Positions 29,285-38,779 of a DNA stretch of 64,000 nucleotides are shown piece after piece. Made by a program: the position numbers and the translations under genes. The notes beneath the pieces are model-generated. The model was given only the letters and a program-made list of their open reading frames with translations. It was not told the origin of the DNA and ran no database searches. The stretch is from Cyanobacteriota bacterium (GTDB lineage: Bacteria > Cyanobacteriota > Cyanobacteriia > Cyanobacteriales > Nostocaceae). Numbering within the stretch: position 1 is the first letter of the stretch; every line of letters begins with the position of its first letter. Location of the stretch: contig JBJOKS010000009.1 in assembly GCA_046045965.1 (NCBI GenBank), positions 1 through 64,000 of the forward strand. Reading direction: 5' to 3'.

Positions 29285-30135
29285 TGAATTACCAAATGAT
29301 ACCTATACGTAAAAGCCTAACAACAGCGGATGTGGAAATTTCTTACTTGGAATGGAACCAAGGTCAAGAACCATTACTGTTATTACATGGTATGGCGGAT
29401 AATGCTTTAGTTTGGTCTAGCTTAGGAGATTATTTAGCGAATAATTACCATATAGTAGCCCCGGATATGCGTGGTCATGGAGAGAGTAGTAAACCGCAGA
29501 AAGATTATAGTTTTGAGAGTGCGATCGCTGACCTAGAAACATTAATGGATAAACTGGGATGGTCTGCTGCTCATATTGTCAGTCACTCTTGGACAGGTAA
29601 ATTAGCCGCTATTTGGGCTAGACAAAACCCAGAACGCTTACACAGTATCACTTTGGTAGATCCAATTTTCATCTGGAAAATGCCAAGTTTGCTCAAATTA
29701 ACCTTTCCTCTGTTGTACCGTGTTTTACCCTTCCTCAAAACTATGGGACCATTTACCAGTTACGAAGAAGCAGAACAAAAAATTAAACAACTCGGTCAAT
29801 TTCAAGATTGGAATTCTGTACAACAGCAAGTTTTTCAAGCAGGAATTGAACAAAAACCCGATGGAACTTGGGGTAGCAAATTTACCCTAGCTGCTCGTGA
29901 TGGCATTTTTGATGCAGTATTAGAAGTACCAGGTTTTATCACCCCAATTGATATTCCTGCTTTATTTATTCAACCAGAAAAAGGAGTAAACCGCCAAGAT
30001 TGGCAAATTCAACCTTACAAAACCAACCTGAAAAACCTCACTTTCAAGAAAGTTCCTGGAAATCATTGGCCATTTTTAACCAAACCAGAAGCATTTAATC
30101 AGACAGTTGCTGATTTTTTAGCAGCACAAAAATGA
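29284..30135 (+). CDS. Alpha/beta fold hydrolase
   Basis: LLLHG, PDMRGHGES, nucleophile elbow SHSWTG, and C-terminal GNHW. Confidence 0.88.
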   Translation: MNYQMIPIRKSLTTADVEISYLEWNQGQEPLLLLHGMADNALVWSSLGDYLANNYHIVAPDMRGHGESSKPQKDYSFESAIADLETLMDKLGWSAAHIVSHSWTGKLAAIWARQNPERLHSITLVDPIFIWKMPSLLKLTFPLLYRVLPFLKTMGPFTSYEEAEQKIKQLGQFQDWNSVQQQVFQAGIEQKPDGTWGSKFTLAARDGIFDAVLEVPGFITPIDIPALFIQPEKGVNRQDWQIQPYKTNLKNLTFKKVPGNHWPFLTKPEAFNQTVADFLAAQK

Positions 30136-30148
30136 GTTTGGTAATTGA

Positions 30149-30249
30149 TCATTAGTCATTAGTCATTAGTCATTGGTTATTAGTTAACAATTATCTTATT
30201 ACTTATTATCTGTTCCCAGTCCCCAGTCCCCAGTCCCCAGTCCCCAGTC
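30149..30249. repeat. STRR repeats (CATTAGT)n and (CCCCAGT)n
   Basis: Seen directly. Confidence 0.88.
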
Positions 30250-30256
30250 ACCTATT

Positions 30257-31966
30257 ATGAGTCTTTGTATTAACCCAGTTTGTCCCCAACCTAACCACCC
30301 CGACAATGATGAAAACCGTTTTTGTCAAAGTTGTGGTTCTCAATTGGAATTATTAGGACGTTATCGGGTGCTGCGTTTGTTGAGTGATAAAACTGGATTT
30401 AGCAAAGTTTATGAAGCTTACCAACAAGACACACCAAAAATTCTCAAAATACTCAAAGAAGAATTAGCAAACGATAGCAAAGCCGTCTCATTATTTCAGC
30501 AAGAAGTAAATGTTTTAGCACAATTACATCATCCTGGTATTCCTCAAGCTGAAGGGTACTTTCAATATCAAACCAGACCAGGTTTAACCCTGCATTGTAT
30601 GGTGATGGAAAAAATTGAAGGACCAAATTTAGAACAATGGTTAAAACAACAACAAAACCGCCCCATTTCTGAAGGACAAGCGATAGCTTGGTTAAAACAA
30701 TTAGCCGAAATTTTATTATTAGTACATAACCAACAATATCTACATCGAGATATTAAACCATCTAATATCATGATTCGTCCAGATGGACAATTAGTATTAA
30801 TTGATTTTGGCACAGCCAGGGAAATTACTAAAACCTATATAGCTAATAATGGCAGCATGACATCAATTTCCTCATCTGGTTATAGTCCCAGAGAACAAAT
30901 GAATGCTCAAGCCTTACCCCAATCAGATTTTTTTGCATTAGGACGCACCTTTGTCTTTTTATTAACGGGATGTCAACCTACACAATTATATGATCCTCAT
31001 CTGGATGTTTTAAAATGGCGACATTTAGCAAATCATGTTTCACCAGCATTATTAGATTTTATTGATTTGTTAATGGCCAATGAAATTACTAAACGTCCTG
31101 AAAATGCCAGAGAAATATTAGATAAATTGACAGAATTAGAAAATCCATTAACAGGAAGTAACGCAGCAACAGTAAATGTAGTTGGTGGTTTCCAAACAGA
31201 AATACTCAACCAAACAACCACCACAAACCAGACTGTTAAACCACCACAAAAACAACCTGAAAAATTACCATTATTAGCCTGGTTTATTGCTTTAATATTT
31301 TCCTTGTTATTCCTGTGGACAGTAGCACTAGCAAACCGAAATAATAAATTTACTGTTGTTCCTGCTGACTATGGACAAGCACCGGTGAAAAAAGGCAATG
31401 TTGACTATTTTCCGTATGAAGAAGGGAAAGATAGTCAAGGGAGAGTTGCAGAATTTAATATAGCAGTTTTATCAGTAGAATATAAATGGCAATTAGGCAG
31501 CACTTATCAAATTAAATATAATGATGAAATTATTAACCTTGACTCTTTAAAATCCAAATTAGAAGCAGAAGGTATCCAGAGAATAATGGAAAACCCTAGC
31601 GAGATTATTTCTGTAGGAACAGCTTCTTGTGAAGGTGATGTAACAGCCGAACAAAATCGAGCTTTAGAACGTTCTAAGCAAATTCAACTTTTAGCCAAAA
31701 AGATATTTAGTAACACAACTAGCGTCAAAGGTTATCGCTTATTAAACCTGGGACAATTTCAGAGAAAAGATTGTCAAGCAAATCAAGATTCAACCGCCTA
31801 TCAACGCAGTATAATTATCATTGGAGTTAAGAAACAAGCTGAAGGAGTAATATTAGATGAAGCCTTAAGAGATAGATTAGAAAAAAAGCCATTTGCTGAT
31901 TTTAAATTAGAAGATTATTCACTAGGTTCAGCAGATAAATTTAAAACCATTCCCAGTAATTTATAA
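30257..31966 (+). CDS. Hanks-type Ser/Thr kinase with N-terminal 4-Cys ribbon, one TM helix and a C-terminal extracytoplasmic domain
   Basis: CINPVC...CQSCG, HRDIKPSN, DFG, and TM LLAWFIALIFSLLFLWTVALA. Confidence 0.9.
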   Translation: MSLCINPVCPQPNHPDNDENRFCQSCGSQLELLGRYRVLRLLSDKTGFSKVYEAYQQDTPKILKILKEELANDSKAVSLFQQEVNVLAQLHHPGIPQAEGYFQYQTRPGLTLHCMVMEKIEGPNLEQWLKQQQNRPISEGQAIAWLKQLAEILLLVHNQQYLHRDIKPSNIMIRPDGQLVLIDFGTAREITKTYIANNGSMTSISSSGYSPREQMNAQALPQSDFFALGRTFVFLLTGCQPTQLYDPHLDVLKWRHLANHVSPALLDFIDLLMANEITKRPENAREILDKLTELENPLTGSNAATVNVVGGFQTEILNQTTTTNQTVKPPQKQPEKLPLLAWFIALIFSLLFLWTVALANRNNKFTVVPADYGQAPVKKGNVDYFPYEEGKDSQGRVAEFNIAVLSVEYKWQLGSTYQIKYNDEIINLDSLKSKLEAEGIQRIMENPSEIISVGTASCEGDVTAEQNRALERSKQIQLLAKKIFSNTTSVKGYRLLNLGQFQRKDCQANQDSTAYQRSIIIIGVKKQAEGVILDEALRDRLEKKPFADFKLEDYSLGSADKFKTIPSNL

Positions 31967-32031
31967 TATCTCTCTTCCTTTGCTTTCTTTGCTTCTTTGC
32001 GTCTTTGCGTGAAACAAATCTTATAAACCTG

Positions 32032-32898
32032 ATGGTAAAAAAAGCAGATATTAGCACCAAAAAATTAATCAGCCTAGCCCCCGAAAATTGGGTAAAATGG
32101 GTGACACAAATTCCCGACATTATCACGGGAGAAATCATCAATTCAGAATTTCAATGGATAAGTCGAGAAAGCGATGTATTAGTTAAAGCCACCAGTCCAA
32201 AGTACGGTGAATTTCTCGTACTAAACGAGTTACAATTAAGATATAAGCCAGAAATTCCCAAACGAATGCGGGCTTATGCAGCACTAGCGGAGGAAAAATA
32301 TCATCTTCCCACTTACCCCGTATTAATTAACATTCTCAAAGAAAGCGAAGCAGAAATTCCTACCCGCTACGAATCAGAATTTGCTGGTTTACAAGCGCGT
32401 CAAGACTACCGGGTGATCAATCTTTGGGAAGTAGATGTAGAAATAGCCTTGAGTCAACCTATTCCTTCACTACTTCCCTTTGTACCAATTCTCAAAGGTG
32501 GTGGTGAAGAAGCGATAGTCAGACAAGCATTACAAATGCTCCGTGCAGATGAACAATTAAGCCAATTAGAAACAGTGATGGCTTTTTTTGCTACCTTCGT
32601 ATTAGATAGCGTTTTAGTTCAGCAAATCATGAGGTGGGATATGGTGGTATTACGCGAGTCTCCCTGGTATCAGCAGATTTTAAAAGAAGGTGAAAAACGA
32701 GGTGAAAAACGAGGTGAAAAACGGGGTATAGTTTCAGCCATTGAACTAAGTTTAGAGATAAAATTTGGTCAAGAAGGTTTACAACTAATGCCGGAAATAT
32801 CACAAATTAGTGATTTAGAACAGTTGAAAACTATTCAAAGGGGCATTCTGACTGTCAATAATATTGATGAATTGCGGGAATTTATGCAGAGAAATTAA
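32032..32898 (+). CDS. Rpn/YhgA-like PD-(D/E)XK nuclease (cyanobacterial type)
   Basis: RESDVL...NELQ nuclease core, RMRAYAAL, VINLWE, LRESPWYQ, and a (GEKR)3 repeat encoded by a 12-bp tandem repeat at 32689-32724. Confidence 0.85.
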   Translation: MVKKADISTKKLISLAPENWVKWVTQIPDIITGEIINSEFQWISRESDVLVKATSPKYGEFLVLNELQLRYKPEIPKRMRAYAALAEEKYHLPTYPVLINILKESEAEIPTRYESEFAGLQARQDYRVINLWEVDVEIALSQPIPSLLPFVPILKGGGEEAIVRQALQMLRADEQLSQLETVMAFFATFVLDSVLVQQIMRWDMVVLRESPWYQQILKEGEKRGEKRGEKRGIVSAIELSLEIKFGQEGLQLMPEISQISDLEQLKTIQRGILTVNNIDELREFMQRN

Positions 32899-32916
32899 AC
32901 TGCTGGAATTTCAGGT

Positions 32917-32937
32917 ATGGTGGGCAATGCCCATCAT
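32917..32937. repeat. REP-like palindrome ATGGTGGGCAATGCCCATCAT
   Basis: Near-perfect hairpin just after the Rpn stop. Confidence 0.6.
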
Positions 32938-33033
32938 AAAAAATATAGTTATAAATTTTTCTTTTCGCAATAAGATGATGTTGCAAAATATGAGGAAGTT
33001 AGATTTAAATAAACTATCAGGTGGAGGATAATT

Positions 33034-33312
33034 GTGTTAGAAAAATCTTTCTTCTATCAAGAAATTATGCACAAGGGTAGAGAAGAAGGACGGCTAAAAG
33101 AAAGGCTGTCAGGAATTGAGTTGGCTTTAGATGTGAAATTCGGTGCTGAAGGTTTGGAACTCATGCCAGAAATAGCACAAATTTCTGATTTAGAGATTTT
33201 AAGAACTATTCAAAAAGGCGTTCTCACTGTAAATACTCTAGAGGAATTCCAAGAAATAATTCAAAGTATTCAAATACCACCAAATGAACTCATTGAATCT
33301 GAAAACTCTTAA
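33034..33312 (+). CDS. Stand-alone Rpn C-terminal domain protein (RpnS-like)
   Basis: 92 aa, alignable with the Rpn C-terminus (IELALDVKFGAEGLELMPEIAQISDLE versus IELSLEIKFGQEGLQLMPEISQISDLE). GGAGG at 33023-33027 precedes the GTG. Confidence 0.75.
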   Translation: MLEKSFFYQEIMHKGREEGRLKERLSGIELALDVKFGAEGLELMPEIAQISDLEILRTIQKGVLTVNTLEEFQEIIQSIQIPPNELIESENS

Positions 33313-33323
33313 TGATGAATTAT

Positions 33324-34112
33324 TCATGCTCCCATTCCTGAATACTGCTTTAATCCTGCACGCCATAACAAGCGATTTGCACCTAAAAATATGAGTAACC
33401 AACCTAAAATGGCTAAAAATCCCCTGGTTAAATCCACTGGTAAACCGACCAAAATACTGGCAGGAAAATGAATTAAATAGGGAAATGGTGTAAACATAAC
33501 CACGTTTCGCACAGCTTCTGGAAAGACTTCTAAAGGTGCAATTAGACCTGATAAAAACAGAAAAAACAATAACCAAAAATTTTCTAATGCTGTAGCTCTT
33601 TCTGTCCAAAAAGCGAACATAGCAAAGGTATACTGAATTAAAAATCTTAACGCAAAAGCCAGCAATGCAGCTAAGATAAATAAGAAAAAATTAGATATAC
33701 TCGGTATCCAAAAAGCTTGGGGATATAATAGAAAAAAGAATCCTATTAATAGAAAGACAAAAGGTATCCGCGCAAATCTTTCGGATATGTGAGTAGCTAG
33801 ATGATGAAATACTGGGTCTATAGGTTGTAATAATCGGGGTGAAAGTTTACCTTCTACTACCTCTTTTTCAAACTCATAAATCACCCAAACAACGGTAAGT
33901 TGTCTCACCAGAAAAACAGCAAAAAAGTAACGAGCAAAATCTACAGTCTGAAAACCAAAGTCTCCCTCTTCTGACGCTTTTATCCATACACCCATGAGAA
34001 TAATTGGTAAGGAACCACATAAAACCCATAATATTAGTTCTGACCGATATTCCAGCATATAGGCATAATATACTGTTAGTAAAGTCAGGATTTTTTTGAA
34101 AATTTGTTTCAT
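33324..34112 (-). CDS. ABC-2 type transporter permease
   Basis: Multiple TM segments, GKLSPRLLQP and SGLIAPL; follows the ABC ATPase. Confidence 0.85.
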   Translation of the reverse strand: MKQIFKKILTLLTVYYAYMLEYRSELILWVLCGSLPIILMGVWIKASEEGDFGFQTVDFARYFFAVFLVRQLTVVWVIYEFEKEVVEGKLSPRLLQPIDPVFHHLATHISERFARIPFVFLLIGFFFLLYPQAFWIPSISNFFLFILAALLAFALRFLIQYTFAMFAFWTERATALENFWLLFFLFLSGLIAPLEVFPEAVRNVVMFTPFPYLIHFPASILVGLPVDLTRGFLAILGWLLIFLGANRLLWRAGLKQYSGMGA

Positions 34113-34187
34113 AATATAAATTATTGAAATCTTCCTATTAACTATTCCCTATTCAACGTTAAACTGTCACCTGTTACCTTTCAGCTG

Positions 34188-35168
34188 CTATACAATACCA
34201 GATTGAAAAACTCTACCAATTACTTCTTCTACTGGTGGTTCAGTGACTGTTAAATCTACCACATCCAAATCAGCTAAAATCTGGGATACGGTGCGAGTTA
34301 GTGCTTCTCTCTGGACAATAAATCTTACTGCACGACCTTCTAAAAGTTGAATATCACCATAGGACATCAGTTTTTCTGCGGGTAATGGTTGAGCTAATTC
34401 TACATAAATTTCTCGGTAAGGTGCGAAGTTTTCTAAGAGTCCATCTAGTCTACCATCATACATTAATTTTCCTTGGTGTATTAAGAGAACACGTTCACAT
34501 AAAGCTGTGATATCTGCCATGTAATGACTTGTTAATAATACTGTGGCTTGATAAAGTTGATTGTATTCTCGTAAAAAGTCCCTTACTCCTACTTGAGCAT
34601 TAACATCTAGTCCTAAAGTTGGTTCATCTAAAAATAAAACTTGGGGACGGTGTAAAAGTGCAGCTAACAGTTCGGCTTTCATTCTTTCACCTAATGAAAG
34701 TTTTCTGACTGGTTGATTTAGCTTACTTTCTAGAGATAGCATTTCTGTTAATTCACCTACTCGTCGATGAAATTCTTGATCAGAAATGTTGTAAACTGCG
34801 GCGTTGATTTTTAAGGAATCTATTGCTGGTAAGTCCCAAATTAATTGCTGTTTTTGTCCCATGATGAGGGTAATTTTTTGCAAAAATGCTTCTTGACGAC
34901 GAAAGGGAATTTGTCCAGCAACTTTGACTTTTCCACTTGAGGGATGAATTAACCCTGTGAGCATTTTTAAAGTTGTGGTTTTACCAGCACCATTAGGTCC
35001 TAAAAATCCCACTACTTCACCTGGTTCGATGCTAAAGGAAACATCCTGAACAGCATTGATATTGCGATATGTACGGCGGAAAAAATGGGTGATAGTTCCA
35101 CGAATACCAGGTTCTTTGATGGCAACGGGATAAGATTTACTGAGGTTTTCTGCTATGATGATTGACAT
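34188..35168 (-). CDS. ABC transporter ATP-binding protein
   Basis: GPNGAGKTT, LSLGERM, LFLDEPT and LTSH. Confidence 0.93.
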   Translation of the reverse strand: MSIIIAENLSKSYPVAIKEPGIRGTITHFFRRTYRNINAVQDVSFSIEPGEVVGFLGPNGAGKTTTLKMLTGLIHPSSGKVKVAGQIPFRRQEAFLQKITLIMGQKQQLIWDLPAIDSLKINAAVYNISDQEFHRRVGELTEMLSLESKLNQPVRKLSLGERMKAELLAALLHRPQVLFLDEPTLGLDVNAQVGVRDFLREYNQLYQATVLLTSHYMADITALCERVLLIHQGKLMYDGRLDGLLENFAPYREIYVELAQPLPAEKLMSYGDIQLLEGRAVRFIVQREALTRTVSQILADLDVVDLTVTEPPVEEVIGRVFQSGIV

Positions 35169-35222
35169 AAAAAATTATTTCCTTCTACCTTATGCCTTCT
35201 GCTATTTGGTTCCTGATTACTA

Positions 35223-38200
35223 CTAAGGATCACACAGATGGCGATCAGAAAGCTTCTCTCTAGAGGAGTCATTTTTGACTAATTCTTGATTATTCTGTAA
35301 ATAATCCTTGATCCAATTACAAGCATAATCTAATTCATTGAGAGCAAAAATTTTGGGTAAGTCCCAGATAATTGCGGTGCGATCGCCACTAACAGAAACT
35401 ATACTTTTACCATCAGGACTAAAGGTTAAGGAATACACCAGCCCACGATGGAAAAATAGCTTAATTATGAGTTTACCATCAAGATTCCAGAGATTTACTG
35501 TATTATATTCACCTTCAGTAGCAACAGCTATCATTTGACCATCAGGACTAAATTTGAGCCTATTTAATCTAGATTTTGACTGGACTAATGTCTTTAATAA
35601 CTTACCATTGCGTTGCCATAATTTAATAGTACGATCATCACTTAATGATGCAATTAATTTACCATCAGGACTAAAGGCAACATCAAAGACTTGGCCATTA
35701 TGTCCTGTTAAAGTGTGAAGAAGTTTACCCTCCCTAGTCCATAGACGTACTGTTTTATCATAACTGGCAGTTGTTAAAACTTGACCATCAGGACTAAAAC
35801 TAACTCCCACAACAGGTTCTTTATGTGCTTGAATAGTTTTTTTTAACCGAAAACTAAAAGATTTTTTGGGTTCTCGTTGCCACAGACGGAGAGTTTGATC
35901 AAAACCAACAGAAGCTAAAAGTTGACCATCAGGACTTAAGGTAATATTTTCAATGGGTGCAGTGTGTCCTGGAAGAGTTTCTATCAAAGTACCATCTATG
36001 TTCCAGATTTTGATAGTTTTATCATAACTAGCAGTTACTAAATATTGGCCATCGGGACTAAAGACAACGGAGGTAATACCATTTTCATGTCCTTTTATAG
36101 TTCTAATTAATGTACCATTAGGTTGCCAAAGATTAATCGCATAATCCCAACTTGTGGTGGCAATGATTTTACCATTAGGACTAACAGCAGCTTGTGTTAA
36201 GTTGAGTTGATGACCTCTTAAAACTGTGAGTAGGGGATTTTTTAACTGCCAAAATTTAACGCTACTATCTAAACTACCTGTAGCTAGAATTTTACCATCA
36301 GGATTCCAAGCGATCGCCCAAATTGCTGCTTCATGTCCTTCCAAAGTTCCTAAATCTTTACCGTCCAAACTCCACATTTTTACTACTTTATCCCAACTGG
36401 CAGCAGCAATGGATTTACCATCAGGATTAAATGTAATAGCAATTACTGAATATTGTCCGGCAAAAGTGCTGATTTTCTTACCGTCGATACTCCAAATTTC
36501 AATTTTTTTGTTATTACCACCCGTAGCTAAAAGTTTACCATCAGGAGAAATTGCTAAACCTCTAACAGCATCTTTCCCCCGGTTCAAGGTTACTAATTTT
36601 TTACCGTTTTTATGCCAAACTACAGTAGTTCCATCAAAACTACCCGTCACTATTTTTTCCCCATCAGGAGTAAATATAACTTTATAAATATTGGTTTGAT
36701 TAGTTTTAATTTTCTTTAATTTCTTTTCTGCTAAATTCCAGAGTCCCAAACTACCATCATTCATACCAATTGCTAATAGTTTACCATCTGGACTAAAAGC
36801 TATACTTTGTACTTGAGCATTAACAGGAATAGTTGCTAATTTTTTACCATCTATAGACCAAAATTTGACAGTATTATCAATACTTCCAGAAGCAATCATT
36901 TTACCATCAGGACTAAAAGCTACTGTTAAAACTGTCGAGGTATGACCTGAAAATTTACGTAGTAATTTACCATTTTTTTGCCATAACCATACTTGATCTC
37001 GATTAGGAATAACTATCATTTTACCATCAGGACTCCAAGATAAATCCCAGATAAAACTGAGATTTTCACCTGATAAACGATTTATTTCTTGCGCTCCATA
37101 ACTCGCTTGACGTAGAACATTATCTGTCAGTTCTTCTAGTTCAGGATATTTGTGATTTAAACTTTGATTTAAACTTAATTTTTGCCATTCTCTTTTGGCT
37201 TTAATAGCATCCACAAGTGACTCTAATTGTTGATGAGATTTAAACCGAGCTTGGGAAGAGGAAACCAAAGCTTTAATTTCACTAATTTTTGCTAATCTTT
37301 CGTTTTGGAGCGATTGACGATATAACCAGAACGTTATCCCTCCTAAACCCACGGCAGTTAAAAAAGCAGCACTGATTACAATTAAAAGAAATTTTTGCAA
37401 TCGAGCATTTTTTTGTTGCTCCAGCAGTTGAATTTCCACACTTTTCGCTCTTTCTGCTGCTATAATCAGTTGTTGTTCTCGTCTTTCTAATTCTGCACTT
37501 TTAGCTAAAAATTGATGATCTAAATTTGTTAAGCTTTTATCCCAAGCCCAAACTTGAGCATCTGCTAGTGCTTGTCCTCTTAATAAGCGAGATTCATCCG
37601 TTTGTTGTGAAGCTAACCACGCATTAAAAGTTTGAGAGTAGGGACGTAAATTAGCTAATTTTTTTACTACCCAATCTAAGTTAAATACTTGAGCATAAAT
37701 ACGGTTTTTAATGGACAAAAATCCTTTTTTTCTAATTACTAATCCTGAGAGTAATAATTCTATTTGTTCTCTACTGTCATCACTTGCTACTTTTGTACCT
37801 TGCAAAATTTGTTGATAAATTCCCAATAATTGTCCTGTACGTTTTTGATCATAAAGTAGCCGATCTTGTATAGTTCTCAAATGTTCAGGTTCGTCTTGGG
37901 ATTCCCAATTTTTGATAATATATTCATTAATAATATTTTCTATCCAATACTCTTCACTAAATTTAGTAAAATCGTGTGTTTTAATATCGGTCTTAAATTC
38001 AAAACTAGTAATTAAATTACATATTTTTTGAGTTAGAAAAGGCTGTCCTTCTGTCCAAATTAAAATTTTCTTGATTATAGATTCCGGTGTAGGAAATAAA
38101 GTTTCTAAGCCCCTAATTAAAGATTCAACTTCCTCTAGATTAAATCCTTTTAATTCAATAGCTTTACCAATATTAAAAGGGGTTCTTTTGGGATCTTGAA

Positions 38201-38768
38201 TTAAATCCGATGGGGTAGCAACTCCAAAAATTGCAAATGTTAGCCGCTTGTATTCTGGATCTATGGCTCTTTCATTATAGCAGTATCTAATTAGGGCAAA
38301 AAAATCATCTACCTGAAAATTTAAACTCAGAATACTATCAATTTCATCTATAAAAATAATTATTTTTTCTTCGGGAAACTGAATTAGTAACTCCTCAAAA
38401 AACCTGCTTAAATTTTGTAATAAAGAAAGATCATCTCCAGCTTGCCACCATAATTTTAAATTTAATTTTCCTAATAGTTTAAATCCTCTCCATAAATCGG
38501 CAACTATACCTTTATACCATTGACTTGGGGTGATATTCTCACTGCCAATATTAGTCATATCAACAGATGTACATTTAAATCCTTCCTGTTCTAAACGATG
38601 TTTTGTTCTCACTAATAGAGATGATTTACCCATCTGACGACAGTTGAGAACATAGCAAAATTCACCCTGTCTTAATGCTTGATACAATTCTATATCCGCT
38701 TCTCTTTCTACATAACTAGGAGCATTATTTGTCAGGCTACCACCAACTTGATAGGTATAAGTAGTCAT
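35223..38768 (-). CDS. AAA_35 (STAND-like) ATPase with TM helix and about 14 WD40 repeats
   Basis: YVEREAD, RQMGKSS, IFIDEID and TPFNIG; TM FLLIVISAAFLTAVGLGGITFWLY; repeated FSPDG...D.T...W units. Confidence 0.9.
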   Translation of the reverse strand: MTTYTYQVGGSLTNNAPSYVEREADIELYQALRQGEFCYVLNCRQMGKSSLLVRTKHRLEQEGFKCTSVDMTNIGSENITPSQWYKGIVADLWRGFKLLGKLNLKLWWQAGDDLSLLQNLSRFFEELLIQFPEEKIIIFIDEIDSILSLNFQVDDFFALIRYCYNERAIDPEYKRLTFAIFGVATPSDLIQDPKRTPFNIGKAIELKGFNLEEVESLIRGLETLFPTPESIIKKILIWTEGQPFLTQKICNLITSFEFKTDIKTHDFTKFSEEYWIENIINEYIIKNWESQDEPEHLRTIQDRLLYDQKRTGQLLGIYQQILQGTKVASDDSREQIELLLSGLVIRKKGFLSIKNRIYAQVFNLDWVVKKLANLRPYSQTFNAWLASQQTDESRLLRGQALADAQVWAWDKSLTNLDHQFLAKSAELERREQQLIIAAERAKSVEIQLLEQQKNARLQKFLLIVISAAFLTAVGLGGITFWLYRQSLQNERLAKISEIKALVSSSQARFKSHQQLESLVDAIKAKREWQKLSLNQSLNHKYPELEELTDNVLRQASYGAQEINRLSGENLSFIWDLSWSPDGKMIVIPNRDQVWLWQKNGKLLRKFSGHTSTVLTVAFSPDGKMIASGSIDNTVKFWSIDGKKLATIPVNAQVQSIAFSPDGKLLAIGMNDGSLGLWNLAEKKLKKIKTNQTNIYKVIFTPDGEKIVTGSFDGTTVVWHKNGKKLVTLNRGKDAVRGLAISPDGKLLATGGNNKKIEIWSIDGKKISTFAGQYSVIAITFNPDGKSIAAASWDKVVKMWSLDGKDLGTLEGHEAAIWAIAWNPDGKILATGSLDSSVKFWQLKNPLLTVLRGHQLNLTQAAVSPNGKIIATTSWDYAINLWQPNGTLIRTIKGHENGITSVVFSPDGQYLVTASYDKTIKIWNIDGTLIETLPGHTAPIENITLSPDGQLLASVGFDQTLRLWQREPKKSFSFRLKKTIQAHKEPVVGVSFSPDGQVLTTASYDKTVRLWTREGKLLHTLTGHNGQVFDVAFSPDGKLIASLSDDRTIKLWQRNGKLLKTLVQSKSRLNRLKFSPDGQMIAVATEGEYNTVNLWNLDGKLIIKLFFHRGLVYSLTFSPDGKSIVSVSGDRTAIIWDLPKIFALNELDYACNWIKDYLQNNQELVKNDSSREKLSDRHLCDP

Positions 38769-38779
38769 AATATTAATAT

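Noticed and set aside
27583..30135. Possible RiPP (azole-peptide) cluster around the SagB-type dehydrogenase
   Set aside because: No YcaO cyclodehydratase, precursor peptide or dedicated peptidase/exporter is adjacent.
32032..32898. Rpn gene as an IS transposase
   Set aside because: No terminal inverted repeats or target duplication; the family is a PD-(D/E)XK nuclease despite the usual 'putative transposase' label.
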